Source: Phallusia mammillata (lineage: Eukaryota). From it: a DNA stretch of 64,000 nucleotides. The notes below the pieces were generated by a model. That model was given only the letters and a program-made list of their open reading frames with translations. It did not search any database and was not told the origin of the DNA. This document shows positions 11,801 to 24,029 of the stretch, piece after piece. The position numbers and the translations under genes are program-made. The stretch spans positions 16,244,001 through 16,308,000 of the forward strand of contig OZ281497.1 in assembly GCA_965637545.1 (NCBI GenBank). Direction: 5' to 3'. Position 1 is the first letter of the stretch. The number at the start of each line of letters is the position of its first letter.

Positions 11801-14800
11801 GCATGTTGCTCTTTTCCGTCTATGTGGGTCTTTTGACATTTATTTTCACCATAAATTTATAAATAGCTGTTTAACTACTTTTTCCAGTGTAATTAGGTGC
11901 CAAAAATGTGCATGACAAGTTTGCAATGTCACAGTGACAGGAAAAATCCAACCTGCTTGTCAAGAAGTAACATAACTCAGACAAAAAAGTCATTAATCTC
12001 ATTTTTTGCCAGTTAATTGCCACTTTGCCAGGCACCATGCACGCTGCTGACTATAAGTAGCAACTAATTTCCTGTGCATGAAACTATTGTGTTCCAGTCG
12101 TTTTTTTTTTCCTTGAAACTGCAACTATTCATTGTTTCAGTGAAAACATCAAAGACAATGGGATTTTAAACAAGTGCACAACAGTATATAACTTGTGTTA
12201 CCTATTTATACTAATTAAATAAACAATACACTGTCATGAAATATGAGCAAAACTTTAAATGCATAATTAATCCTACCAAGACAGGTCATCTTTTCTAATG
12301 GCACATGCAGCAATGTAATGCACTGAAATGTTTCTTCTGCAACAGAATTAGTCAACACAAAAGCTGATCTTAAAATAGAGATATATATTTCATGCTTGTG
12401 GGCACCAGCAGTAGCTTATTCCAACTTACTGTTCGCAAAAGGATCTTGACCAGAGAATGGATCAGATGAGGTGGTTTGAGCAGGAAAGGGCTCTGATGCA
12501 AATGCTGGTGTTTCACTTGATTGAAAAGGGTCGGATGGAGCAGCAGATGTAGTTGATGAAGATGCAAATGGGTCAGATCCAGCGAATGGATCAGTGGAGG
12601 AGGTGGTGGTTGTAGGAGCTGACGTCCCAAATGGATCAGCTCCACTGAATGGGTCACTTCCCTCAAAAGGGTCTGAGGCTGAATATGTTAAAAAGTTCAT
12701 TACTCACATAAAGTGGCTGGAAAATCTTTCATCCGTATGTCAATTTTTTACATAAAGTGGCTAATGGGCAGTGTGGTTAAATGACAAAGATAAAGGCGAT
12801 TTAAAGTGGCTAAATGGAAAATACCTAGGTGCTTTAGGTATGGTTAAAAATGTATGTGTTCTAATTGCCAGGACACATCACCTTGTATTGTAATAACAGA
12901 TACAAGAACATATTTATCCTTGGTGTTAGAAGTAGTCAATATTGCAAAAAACATTTCACTAAACTACCTATGTTGAACAAAAAAAGAAATAAACAGCCAA
13001 ACTTTCCTTATACATGTCATCCCAAATTCTTAGATTTATTCTAGTCCCCCCAATTGTCCACTTATTCCCCAGTGTCCCCTTAATTATTGTTTTCCCCCCA
13101 ATTTCAGTTGTTGTTTTAAATGTAATTGAATCCTTACTGTTTAGGTTTATTTGGGTTGCTCATTATTTGCTGTAGCACTGTAGTAAAAGTAATTGGGGAA
13201 TTGGTCATAATTACAACAAAACATTAAAAGTGAAACTAAAAAGGTTATGTGGTATTTTAGGAACAAACAGAAAACAAAATGAGAAGATTAGATTTACTTT
13301 TAAAAGGGTCAGGATTATCTTTGAAAGGATCTTCACTAAGGTCTTTCTGAATATCATCAACTTTCTCTTGCAACCCTCCCATGCTGAACACACTTTCACT
13401 TATTCCAATAGTAGTGTTAGCAGTCTGCAAAGTTTACAACACATATTAGGGTAACTTTTAGTAAAGTGTTGAAGATTATAAGTTTTAAAGTCAAACAATA
13501 TTGAACTAAGAAAGGGTAATTAAGTATTATACAATATAAATAAGTCAACTCAAAGGTTTGACAAGACAAAATTTGTTCTTGATTCCAAAATGTGTGTTAT
13601 TACAGTTACCCATTGTTAAGCATTAAACTTAATAATAGCTTAGGGTTAGAATCAAATAACAAGTTATCTTTGAACCCAAACAAACAACTGTTCATATCAA
13701 AAATTAAAGAAATTAATTAAGAGAAAAATACACTGGGATATTGTATAACAACAGTAAGAATATCTTACTTTTTATAACAATGGTAAGAATATTGTAACTT
13801 CAACTACTTTCACAAACAACACTTAAAATGTCAAGAGGCTGGTGTTTTACTGTTGTGAGACAATAAAACCACCTTCAAATAGACCTACACATGACACATA
13901 CTGAGGTCATACATCATGTCCTGGTAGCATAGCTTGATGAACTAAAACTAAAATAAAATCTTTAACATGAATCAAAAGACAGAGCGTAACACTATTTTTA
14001 AACAAACTGGCAACTTACTGTGAACGCATCAAAGCTGAAATCACCATTTGATTCACCTGTATAACACAAAGCACATCATTAGGCGTGACCCACATAGGGG
14101 AAAAATATAAGAGCAATAAATTGTTCCTACTTTTGATTGCAGCAATTGCATTATCATATTGATCAATGTTGGATTTAACATTCTTTTCTTGGTCCTGGAG
14201 TTGCTTGATTTGGGACTGAACCTGACAAACAATTAAGTGGGTTAATATGATTCATACATACAATAGTTTGCCATGGTAGAAGTTGGCATATCATTAATGG
14301 CAATATATAGAAACACATTAGCTTAAAGGTTCCTGATCACTGACATTACTGTTGTGGGTTGTATTATATTATTTTGTTGATTTGAATTTGCCAATTAGAT
14401 AAGTATTGGTTGGAATACACTGTGAATGTGAGCTCAAGGCTTGCTTGGTACATAATCAGCAATCACAAAAACGCAGTACAATACTTTATAACATTATTTA
14501 TGCTATGTTCATGGTAAGTATGTAATAGATAAAATATCATTTAACATTTAACTATGAATTTTTAAAAACTTGGTAACTTTAAAGAGCAGATGATTAGGAT
14601 TGCAAAAATGTTGACAAAATGTAAAAAATGCACCTTTTTACAACATATATTTCAACACTAACAGTTTGAAAATCTACTATTTTGTATGTTATAACACAGA
14701 CCTGTGTAATCTCAGTTTGTGCTTGTTTTGTTGTTCGCGAAATGTTTTCTTGTTGTTGTTTTCCAGCCTCAAGTCTTTGTTCAAGTTGTGTTTCTTCTTG

Positions 14801-17800
14801 TTTCAGCTCAGCAAGGTCATTACGAATTTTCCTTAAGTCAGTTTCTTGTTGGTTTACTGATGCTTCTTGTGCTGCAATCTGTGCTCGCAAGCTTTTAATC
14901 TGAAAAGAGTTTTAATTGTTGCGGATATCCCAAACTGCATCAACATATAGTCACAAATATACATTATAAATTTATATCATTAAACAAATTTTGTACCAAT
15001 TCCGTTGTAAGTTACCAACTGCTTATTCAAAATAAACATGCAAATTTATTTTTTCAAATATACTTGGCCATGGCTTAAAAAACATAAGGTTTCAAGTTTG
15101 GCTTATTTTAAACAAACATTTTAAGTTTAGTTAGCCTTTATCACATATAAGGTTAACTAGTGAACAAGAACATCACTTACATTTTCATTTTCTTCCTGAA
15201 GTTTAATCCTGGCATCACTCAACATGCTGTCTAGTTTATTCCTTTGTTGCTCAAGTTCTTCTAACCTTGTGTGAGCTTCAGCTTTGTCACACTCCAACTG
15301 AGCAAGGGAGCTGCTGTCACGATCCAAAGTGTCTTGTAATTCCTACACACAAAAATATATTTTGGAAGTGGGATTTTCACAGAAGTGTAAAAAAGTATTT
15401 CATAAAACCCCAAAATTTCGTACCAATACTTTTGTACTTGGTGTTACTGCTAGGGATATATTAGAACGGTGACAGGTCTTTCAGAAATTTGTCAGAAGTA
15501 TGTTAATGGAATAAAGATAATGAAATAATAAGAATCTGTCCAGTGTGTACACTAAAAGGTCTACCAAAGAGCAGAAACTTATGTTGGCATAAGATACATA
15601 CTTGGCAACAAGGCAACTGTACATACTACTAAGATGCTATGTAAACAACTTTCGACAAGTTTCGAGTAGTGGTCCATTGCCTGTTTTACTTTTTCTCATA
15701 AATTTGATGATTGACTCATACCAAGAACTGTAAGAGTCCATGTGTTGTTTTAAAAATACAAACTAAATTATTTTTTTGTTTTAACAAAATTGAGCCCCAG
15801 AATAATAGTATAGTACATCAGTAACGCCAAGTCTACTTATACATGAATGTCTATCAAACAATACCAACAACTGCATCCAACATATCAACCGCACGCCAAA
15901 CCACAATTCACATAGATTTCAATAAGCATCTACTTACAGGTCGCTTTCCACATAATCCTCCCATAGCATTTTAGCCCCTTTAAACTAACCTTGCAGACCA
16001 CACCAAAAAATGTCTACTTTCCACTCTACCCATGGTAATCTCAACTACATAAACTGTGGTTTAGCAAAAACACATCTGACAGTTATCTATGCACAGGACA
16101 ACAGGCATTTATCACTTGTGGACAGCTACCTTAAACACTCTGCTTAGTGCCTTCTACAAGGCCACTTGCTTTTAGCCAAATCCATACATAATTGATGAGA
16201 CATATTCCCACATGTCACTGTAATGCATCCTGTTGCTGTCAGATTATATGCAAAAAACATTCTTTTAAAGCTGCTATCAGAATGTCTAATTTTTGTTTTT
16301 CCAATTCCAATATTATTTGAAATTTTGCTTTAGTTTTTCTATAATAATCATGTCCATGCTCAGAGATGCTCTCTATAATCTTGATACACAATGAGCTGCA
16401 AAGACAATGCTAGCAGTGTCCAAGTATGGTGGACTGTGGGGCTATTAGAGAAAGGAGCAATCACAATAACTGGGTTAATCAATACAGATGTACATCTGTT
16501 GGCCAAGCAAGGCCACTATAGCTAATTACTTTTCTTAAGCAGCAGAAAAAAATGCATCTCATACATATCTAGCATCACAGAACCAAGAAAGTCTACAGAT
16601 TACAGCAGATTATGTTAACATATGTGAGTTCACAGACATCTGACAGGATTTTTTGTTAAGCAGAGGAGATATATGTACTGAAGCACAACGATCAGTTAAG
16701 TACTAAAGTACCACAACAAAATATGAATTCCAGATGTATAAGGATTAGTGGTAAAACAAGTTTTAATCTTGCAACAAATAATGTTTAATGCAGTGAAGTA
16801 ACAAAGTAAGCTGCTTAAAGGATTTGAAATAGTAAGATATTACTTGAAACAAATATTCATCAGGTAAACATAAGTGAAATTTTATTGTTGTAGCATTAAT
16901 GTAAAACACAGTGTATGACAACAACCAAATGGAACAAATAGATATGGGTGCAGGCATAGATAATTTCAAATGTTTCATACCTGCACTTCATTGTTGACAT
17001 TTTTTATGGTGACCTCTTTTTGTTGAATTTCTGCAGTAAGGGCTTCTTTTTCCCTTCTTAGCTCCTCGATTTCTTGGTTAAGTGCATCTAATTCTCTAAT
17101 TGCTGCTGAGTCACCAATGCCGCTGCTGCCATCTGATATACTTCCAGTATCCTGTATTAGGCAAAGTGGCAAAAATCAGAACATATAATTTCACAGACTA
17201 CATCATAATAGTTACAGATTATATCAAAAAGTGATAGATATGTAATGTATTATTTGACAATTCAATAGTTGCTGAACAAAAACTCTTGATGATTGAAGAA
17301 ATTCAATATTTACTGATGGACTGCAACCAATCTAAGGGACTTTTTAACTACTTGCTACACTTTGTACAGCACAAATCCACTTTATGTTACATGTTATTTA
17401 AAGTAGTTTGTGTCAATGCAATATTATGCCTTACTCCAAATCCAGAATCCAAACTGGTTTGAGAAAACATTTCTGGTGTTATTTGGGTTGGTAGTTCAAT
17501 TCCTTTTACTTTCTGTGATATGAGATGCATAGCAAGAACAAATTGATCCGCTCTCAGTTTTCCAAAATGTTGGTTATCACACATGCCCCTACAAAAAGAA
17601 GCAAAAATCTAGAAAAAAAGTAAAACTAACTGGATAAATGATCAATTATAATCAAAGTATTAGGCGGCAAACATAATTTGATGGCAGATATTAAAAATGA
17701 AAATTAACCTCAAGTTTTTGTAACACACTACACTTGCAAACCATAAATAGATTTAGGTAGTACAATTTACTGCATCATGTCAAATTTAAAGCTACGCCAA

Positions 17801-20800
17801 TCAGCCCATTACGATTTTACAAGGGATTATGTCTTACCAAACATGGGCCAAAATAGGCTGTGGTAGACCACTCTGTACAAATACATCCCTTGCTGTTGCT
17901 CCACTAATCAACCCATCAGGATCTTTCTTCTGCTGAAATATTCCACTAAATCGCATTCTATCAGCCTGACTGACAATCCATTGAGGAGGCAAAGTGGTTT
18001 GAGCAGCCTTTTGTGGTAAAGATTAAATATTAAACATGATAAAAACAAGGAAGCAAGTTAACAATGGAAAGGTGGGTTTCATGAAGGTTAACATTTTAAA
18101 TGTGCTACATGCTGTAGTGATTAACCTTATACACCATCTCCTACACATATATAGTCAAATGGGGTAAAAAAATTTTTTGCTGAAGTTGGGGTAAAAAAAA
18201 ACAATACCCTCACAGCTAAACCAAAATTTTTTTTTAAATGCTTTCTTTTTCATAGGATGTATTTATTCTCTGCCTAAAAAATGAGCCATAAACCATTCTC
18301 AGATTTTGTTTCTAGGCAATGTTCTGCAGGTTGAAACAACAGTAGTAAAATTTGTATGTTAAAAAGTCTTCAACAACCTTTAGAAACTTTCCTGCAGATT
18401 TTTTATTACAAGTTTAGTGTCAATGACCTTTGTTCTGTGTTGTGTCATTACTATGACCTACTAAACAAAAAAGACTCCACTTGGCTAGCTTCTAAATTTT
18501 TCAGATATCTTGTTGTTCATTCTTACCCCAAACGGTTCTATAGGAATGGGGTAATAAAAAACTATGTATTTTTTACACCCCAAAAATTTTTTGGGCCCAA
18601 ACATTTTTATTTGTCACCTGGAAGTTTAGAAAATAAAAAAGAAAGCCTATAAAACATGTACTTAAACCAAAGTTGTATAAAATTGCTTTGGGGGCCCAGT
18701 TTTGGAGGAATTTTTACCAAAACGTATACCTGCATGGCTAAAAGTACAAATTGGGGTCCAGGCCTAAAGAAAAATGCTACAAAGTAAGAAAAAGAGGTGA
18801 TCAAATCATTATGTGGTAATTCAATCAGTTTGGGGTAGAAAATTAAACTTTATTTCAATAAGGTTTTAGGTTACATGACCGGTCAGCAAGTGGGTGAGCT
18901 CTATTTAAACCTAGTTGCATACCAACAAAAGACTGGTAAATGAAAAAAAAAAGACCAAATCAAAGGCAATAAATGCAGTGCAATAAAGGTACAAAGCCAT
19001 GGAAAGTCTTAGCACCGTTTTTTAATTTACAAACAGTTTACTAACTGCTGTAAGTTTGGTTTGCAAAATTTCGAAAACAAAGAATTTTATGCGGCTCGTG
19101 TTTTGTTGGGTTATTTATTGTAATAGAGTTATTAATGAAATTTCTGTCTTATCTTTGACTTTGAGATGGTTTATTAAGTTCATATAATTGAATTGAAGTT
19201 CCTATTGCCACTTAATTTTTTTTCAAATGGTCCTAATGTCCACTTGTTTTTTTTTTACCCCGGCATTGTTTTTTTTGTACCTTTTTCGGGTTAAAAAAGA
19301 ACAACAGTTTTTGTCAAATATTTTTTTTGTTTTTTAGTAAAATCAAAAACTTGTCACATAACTATCAAAGTAGTCTGATCAGCTTTGTTGGGAAGAAAAA
19401 CTGACCTTTTGTTGCCTAAAATAAAAGTTTGGCAACAAAGTTTCAAAAAATGTTTTTTTTTACCCCACTTGACTATATATATATATATTATTTTTTTTGT
19501 TACCTAATTTTACTTAGGTCTCTACTTTTATTAGTAATTTGAAAACATGTTTCTCTAGGCACAAACAATTGGTGCCCAAACAGGTGTATATGCCAATTAA
19601 TTTTTAGATCATGAGTGACACAAACGGCATATTTTATTTTCTACTTTACAAAACTGGGTTGATTTAACAAAGATATTATTGGCCCAAGTTGATTTTAAAA
19701 CATTTGAAACTTTGGCTAAAAACTCCAAAACAAAACACAAACAAACAATATGTGTCTCTTGAGAGAAGGGGGCTCTTAGTTATCTTGTACCTGCACAGAG
19801 TGCTTTGGTGAGATTCCTGGGACACTGCTTGATGTGCTTCCATGCCTTGATAGTGATAAGGCAGGGGAGGATGGCATTGGAGGAAGCACGGCAACTGCAC
19901 CTACTGATTGAACAAACATTACACAGTGCTTTGTTATACCGACACCCAGGGATTTTTTAAGGTTTGGTTTGGATGACCGCTAAGTAGTTTTAACAGACCG
20001 CAAGTGTTTCATTTAAATACCAAAAAATATTTTGTTTTTTGGGAAAAATAATTTTGGGAAACCGCTGGAGAAATTTAAAACACCTTAAAAAAAACACTGC
20101 CGATACCCTCTACTACAAATGTTGCTTAAAAACAATGTGATACTAAGTTATCCTTTTCTGTATTGTTACCTGGTAGCTTTTTGTCATTCGAAGCTGTGGT
20201 GGCAATGGGGGCTAAGGATCTTTTGGAAGGTGGCAACAATTCAAGTGAAAGGGAAGCAGGGACTGGTTCTTTTTCAATTGCACGGTAGACCAAATGCATT
20301 GCCTATTAAAAAAGCATCCCAATAACTAAGTTTGTTAAGTGTAATTTATTTGACATTGTGGAGTCACAGAAGTTAAACTTTTTACGATGGAGTCATTTCA
20401 ACAATTCTAAACTAGTGCAAGGGTGACATACATGGTTTTTTGTTTCTTTCAGATCCAGTTTACTTGAATAAGTGGAGTTTACCTAACAAAATTTTAACCT
20501 AATTTCTTCTGCCCTGATTTTATAAAATAGCCGCACATAAAGCTTACCACACAAAATTCATCTCTGTCAAGAAACCCATCTTTGTCAATATCTGATAATT
20601 CCCAAACTTTGCCAAGTGTGTCAACTGGAAGTTTTGAATTCATCAATACTGGTCGAACCTAAATGGAAAAAAAATCATGCACTCTTATTTAAAGGTAAGC
20701 AGGCCAATGTATTGTAAACTTACCACTTCTCCAGACAATTTGCCAGCAACTGGGCCGAGGCTGTCAAAGATGTTTTCATACTTTACTTTCTCACTGCCTT

Positions 20801-20849
20801 GAATGGACCAGGCTGGATCAGAAGAGCTGAGACTAAAACCGAGCGACAT
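5830..20849 (-). CDS. EPS15: EPS15/EPS15L1-family endocytic adaptor: two EH domains, coiled coil, DPF-repeat region, two C-terminal UIMs
   Basis: Exons in transcript order: 20849-20724(approx.), 20658-20548, 20302-20170, 19903(or 19900)-19791, 18007-17838, 17588-17435, 17151-16981, 15342-15181, 14899-14702, 14221-14131, 14056-14019, 13424-13298, 12678-12430, 11482-11369, 11285-11128, 10862-10602, 5967-5830; phases consistent. Motifs: [52 protein letters not shown] (EH); [27 protein letters not shown]...[21 protein letters not shown] (EH); about 12 DPF plus 1 DPW; terminal [45 protein letters not shown] (UIM pair). The start ATG at 20849 directly follows an AG, so further upstream exons are possible. 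Confidence 0.93.
6483..6913. mobile_element. Penelope-like (PLE) foldback fragment: perfect 97-bp inverted arms, each with a minimal type I hammerhead core followed by AATAAA
   Basis: Arms 6511-6607 and 6817-6913 are exact reverse complements. A 14-bp TSD gctttaaatgtgtg (6469-6482, 6914-6927) is confirmed by the empty site in the 21694 copy. The core reads CTGATGA-A-GGTGT-loop-ACATC-GAAA-CG-TT. PLE assignment rests on the known association of minimal hammerheads and inverted pLTRs with PLEs; no RT or GIY-YIG ORF is present. Confidence 0.75.
6817..6872 (+). ncRNA. Minimal type I hammerhead ribozyme motif (mirror copy on the - strand at about 6552-6607; duplicates at +2039)
   Basis: CUGAUGA 6830-6836; extra A at 6837; stem II GGUGU 6838-6842 / ACAUC 6853-6857; GAAA 6858-6861; palindromic AACGUU 6860-6865 in place of stem III; predicted cleavage after U6865; stem I CC/GG plus GUAUG/CAUAU around a 6-nt bulge. 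Activity is untested. Confidence 0.65.
7130..8512 (-). mobile_element. DINE-1/HINE-like element, truncated in its terminal hairpin by the duplication junction
   Basis: Starts aactag at 7130; subTIR atgggtcccc at 7247-7256; 158-bp internal tandem repeats; (GAAAAAA)n microsatellite; stops mid-hairpin at gtccccttcaggg. Strand is given by analogy to DINE-1 orientation. Confidence 0.75.
7945..8435. repeat. 158-bp tandem repeat (about 3 units) inside the HINE; equivalent arrays at about 9984-10474 and 35560-36060
   Basis: gtcattcggggtcaaa recurs at 8011, 8169 and 8327 (period 158). In the inverted copy gaccc recurs at 35668, 35826 and 35983. Confidence 0.9.
8522..8952. mobile_element. Second copy of the PLE-like hammerhead foldback, created by the duplication
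   Basis: Identical to 6483-6913 at +2039; arms 8550-8646 and 8856-8952. Confidence 0.75.
9169..10565 (-). mobile_element. Full-length DINE-1/HINE-like non-autonomous Helentron-associated element (about 1.4 kb)
   Basis: Ends aactag...ggggacccataa; subTIR pair atgggtcccc (9286-9295) / ggggacccat (10554-10563); 9-bp hairpin gtccccttc-agg-gaaggggac (10539-10559) overlapping the subTIR; adjacent microsatellite; central 158-bp repeats; no TSD. This layout matches the described DINE-1/HINE architecture. Confidence 0.78.
19947..20099. mobile_element. Short hAT-type MITE (153 bp)
   Basis: TIR cagggattttttaagg / ccttaaaaaaaacactg; TSD ccgacacc / ccgatacc (7 of 8 match). Confidence 0.75.
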
Positions 20850-21544
20850 CTTCAGGATGGCAGTGATGATAGAAAAAAATTACATTTATGGAATGCTTGC
20901 AAAGACTATAAGTGTCCCTAATATTTCATTTGCAACAGTATACAATAATATCAAAAGGTATAGGTCATCACTTATCACCTGCATAACATATAAAACGTAT
21001 TTTCACTACAAGGCAAGGGTTATTCTAATCTATAATGTACAAAAAGGTCCACACTGCAAAGAGTAAGGTCTGTTTTGTTATAAACCATAACGCTACACAT
21101 TTTGTGGGACCCCACAAGGTAAACAGTTACACTTTTTTGTCTAAGCATGAACTTCACATGCGTGCAACCAGCCATGCAAACAACCCTTTTCCATGACCAA
21201 CAGGTAAATTCCTGCAGTCGCCGTTCTCACAATCTCACATCTCACTTCACCGTCACGCTTCACGCTTCACCAACTCAGTCTTTCACACCAAAAACGATTT
21301 CTATTTTTTGAATCCAAAGCATGGGTTTGAAAATAAATAAACGCTTTTATTTCAGGAGTTTTTGCGTTTAAACCGGGACCAAACCATCTTTGTGTCTGCG
21401 TGGAAGATAAAAAAAGTAATTTACAAGGGCGTTTAAAAATATTTAACAGATTTTTTTTACGTTAGCCCAAGGCCATCTCCAATGGCACAATGCAGATTAG
21501 CGCCGTACCTAACACATCCGATCGCGCTACTCCACCCTGAGATC

Positions 21545-21570
21545 CCCGCTTTATAAAACGGAAGTGACGA
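21545..21570 (-). promoter_or_regulatory. Candidate EPS15 promoter core (ETS/half-CRE composite CGGAAGTGACG next to a TATA-like sequence)
   Basis: cggaagtgacg at 21559-21569 and ttataaaa just before it, in a locally CpG-retaining stretch about 0.7 kb upstream of the first identified EPS15 coding exon. Position-based inference only. Confidence 0.35.
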
Positions 21571-21693
21571 ATGTCGAGCATTAATTGTCGTGAACAAGTT
21601 CAGTACATATCGTCAACAGTCGTACACAGGAGTGTCGAGTAAAATGTTTGTTACGTATCAGCGAATTATATTTTTGCTTGGAGTGGTTCTGAC

Positions 21694-22175
21694 TAGTGAT
21701 GTACCGAATCGGCGAAATTTCGATTCGGCCGAAACCGAATATTCGGCGGTTTTGCCGAATAAATTCGGCCGAATCAACCGAATCATTTATGACGTCACGC
21801 GAAGTCGTACGGTACGCGTTTGACATGAAAACATAAGTTTATCTACCAGGCATTTAGTGCAGAATGGTTGTGTTTCGTTCTTATTTCAGTTCTGTGGGGT
21901 TTAACATTGCCTCAAGCATAATTTCCAACCCGGCAAAGAATTACTATTTAGTTGTCTGCAGTGGGGAAAACGATAATGTGGTAAAAAATATAATAACTGA
22001 CAGGATTTTCGTTGGCACTAAGCAGGAAAGACACGCTTAACGCTTCAAATGTGTGTTCATAAAAGATTCGGTTTCGGCCGAATCGCAACAAATTATTCGG
22101 CCGAAACCGAATCTTTGCAAAAGTGGCCGATTCGGCCGAATAAATTCGGCAAACCGAATATTCGGTACATCTCTA
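21694..22175. mobile_element. hAT-type MITE (482 bp), insertion-free member of the 6146 family
   Basis: TIR tagtgatgtaccgaat / attcggtacatctcta; perfect TSD gttctgac (21686-21693, 22176-22183). Confidence 0.92.
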
Positions 22176-22773
22176 GTTCTGACAAGACAATGTAAGTGTG
22201 GTTATATATTTTTCTATATTTATATTTTTACGCAGCTAGTGCTATTAGCGCTGCAGATGCAATATGCATTTAACACTAATTCATCTTGAGCAGTAATTTG
22301 GATTTGTAGCGTTTGATATTGCTCAGATATAGACTTATTTACAACGTGAAGATTGTGTTCCTCTTTTCTCCAAAAATTTGACGTTTTTAAACCAGCTTAT
22401 GCATTTCAAAAACCAGCGCAACAGGTGTCAACAATTTCTACAAATATAATTGGCTCAGTCGTTTTAAATTAATTTAGCAAATTGGCACATTTTGGAGACG
22501 AGAATGTACGAAAATGAATTTTTCACTGCTCGATTTGTTGAATTGATTTTTTTTGTTTCACTGTATGATAAGATATAGCCTATTTCTAATTGATATGTCA
22601 GACCCGGCTTGGGCGCGAGTTGAAATAAAACCGGCTTGATTCGGGTCTAACTTAACACTCGGCATCATTTACCGACTTCAAAGCCTGATTGTGGTAATTA
22701 TAGTAAATTATTTTTATGCAGGGTTTCCTGCGCTTATACTCTCGGGTTCGTGCCCTTTTAGATGCGTTTACAT

Positions 22774-22945
22774 CAGGGAGTCGAACCGGAACTGAACCCG
22801 AACCCGCGAACCGGTTTGAGCGGTTAATTTCATTAAACCCGAACCGAACCCGAACCGCTAATTACGATTTTCTAAAAACCCGAACCGGAGTTGAACCCTA
22901 TATTTTGTTTGGCGTTGGACCCGAACCGGAACTGAACCAGTAAAA
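22774..22945. mobile_element. Terminal fragment of a hAT-like MITE with GAACCG/GAACCC subterminal repeats
   Basis: Begins cagggagtcgaaccggaac followed by many gaacc(c)g units. No partner TIR or TSD found. Confidence 0.45.
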
Positions 22946-23608
22946 AATGCAGTCTGTTGTATATTCTGTGATTTTTTCTAAACAGCGCACTGAAGAACAC
23001 GCGAGATAACACTTATAGAGCGTGTCAAAAATAACAGTGCACGGTTAAAAATCTTGTGGGGTCAGTATGGCGACGTCAGTTAGAACAGCAAACTCAGTCT
23101 TTAAATGCAATAAGTTTTACTTGGCAAGTATTGCTTTAACTTAAGTGGCCCTTCTTGGACAATCGGTTATTGGGGCGGCACTCATATTCACATTAATTAT
23201 ATTGGCGATTTAGTTTAGCATTGAACGATTCAAAAACCAAGTTGCATGCTACCATTGCGTTTCATTGTGCATTGTGTTATTTCACGTTAGTTCGGTGTAA
23301 GGTAATAACGGACGTTGCAACATCCTGTTTGCTTTTACAATCGACTTAAATGCTGCTGCATAGTCAAAGAGGATATATACTGTTACTGTATGTTAAATAC
23401 ACAAACAGATATGCTTCCTTTGCCTCTATTTCATTTAGGACTGTCAGTGTGTCTGAGTTTTATGTTTGTACTTAAATATTGAAGTTGTCTTAAAACATCC
23501 CACCCCCATGTGCCGCAGGACATTTTGTCCCCCGTGAGTTGCCCTCGAGTACTTAAATAACACAACCAAAATCTCCTAGCATTGAACTCAAACCTTTAAT
23601 ACCCAACG

Positions 23609-23962
23609 GGCTCCTCTAAAATACACAATCTACGCAAACTACACAATCTACTGATAAAACGCATGGAATTTTTCAAAATGTTGACGGTTAGGGCTTTTAG
23701 GGTCTGGGTGAGGGTTTATAATAAAGTAACACTATTATTTAGTTTTAGATGCCCAGTTTGGGCTTAATATAACAATACGTGTGTTGTGAGTGGTACTAAA
23801 CACGGTATGGTGCCGCTAAAATTAGCCCCAAGGTATCTGAGGTTTAATTATAAAGTTGTTTGTAATACAAACTCTCACACTGACCCTAATAGCCCTAACC
23901 GTCAACATCTTAGTTAGTTTTTTTTAGTAAGATCGCGTAGATTGCGTAGTTTAGAGTAGTCC
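23609..23962. mobile_element. Foldback MITE with long imperfect inverted arms
   Basis: atgttgacggttagggct occurs in both arms in inverted orientation; outer arms ggctcctctaaaatacacaatctacgc versus the reverse complement ggactactctaaactacgcaatctacgc. Confidence 0.7.
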
Positions 23963-24029
23963 ATACTCAACGATTCCCACCCTACTATAAAATACTGTAG
24001 ATCCTAAAAAAACAGTTTGTTAGTTATAG

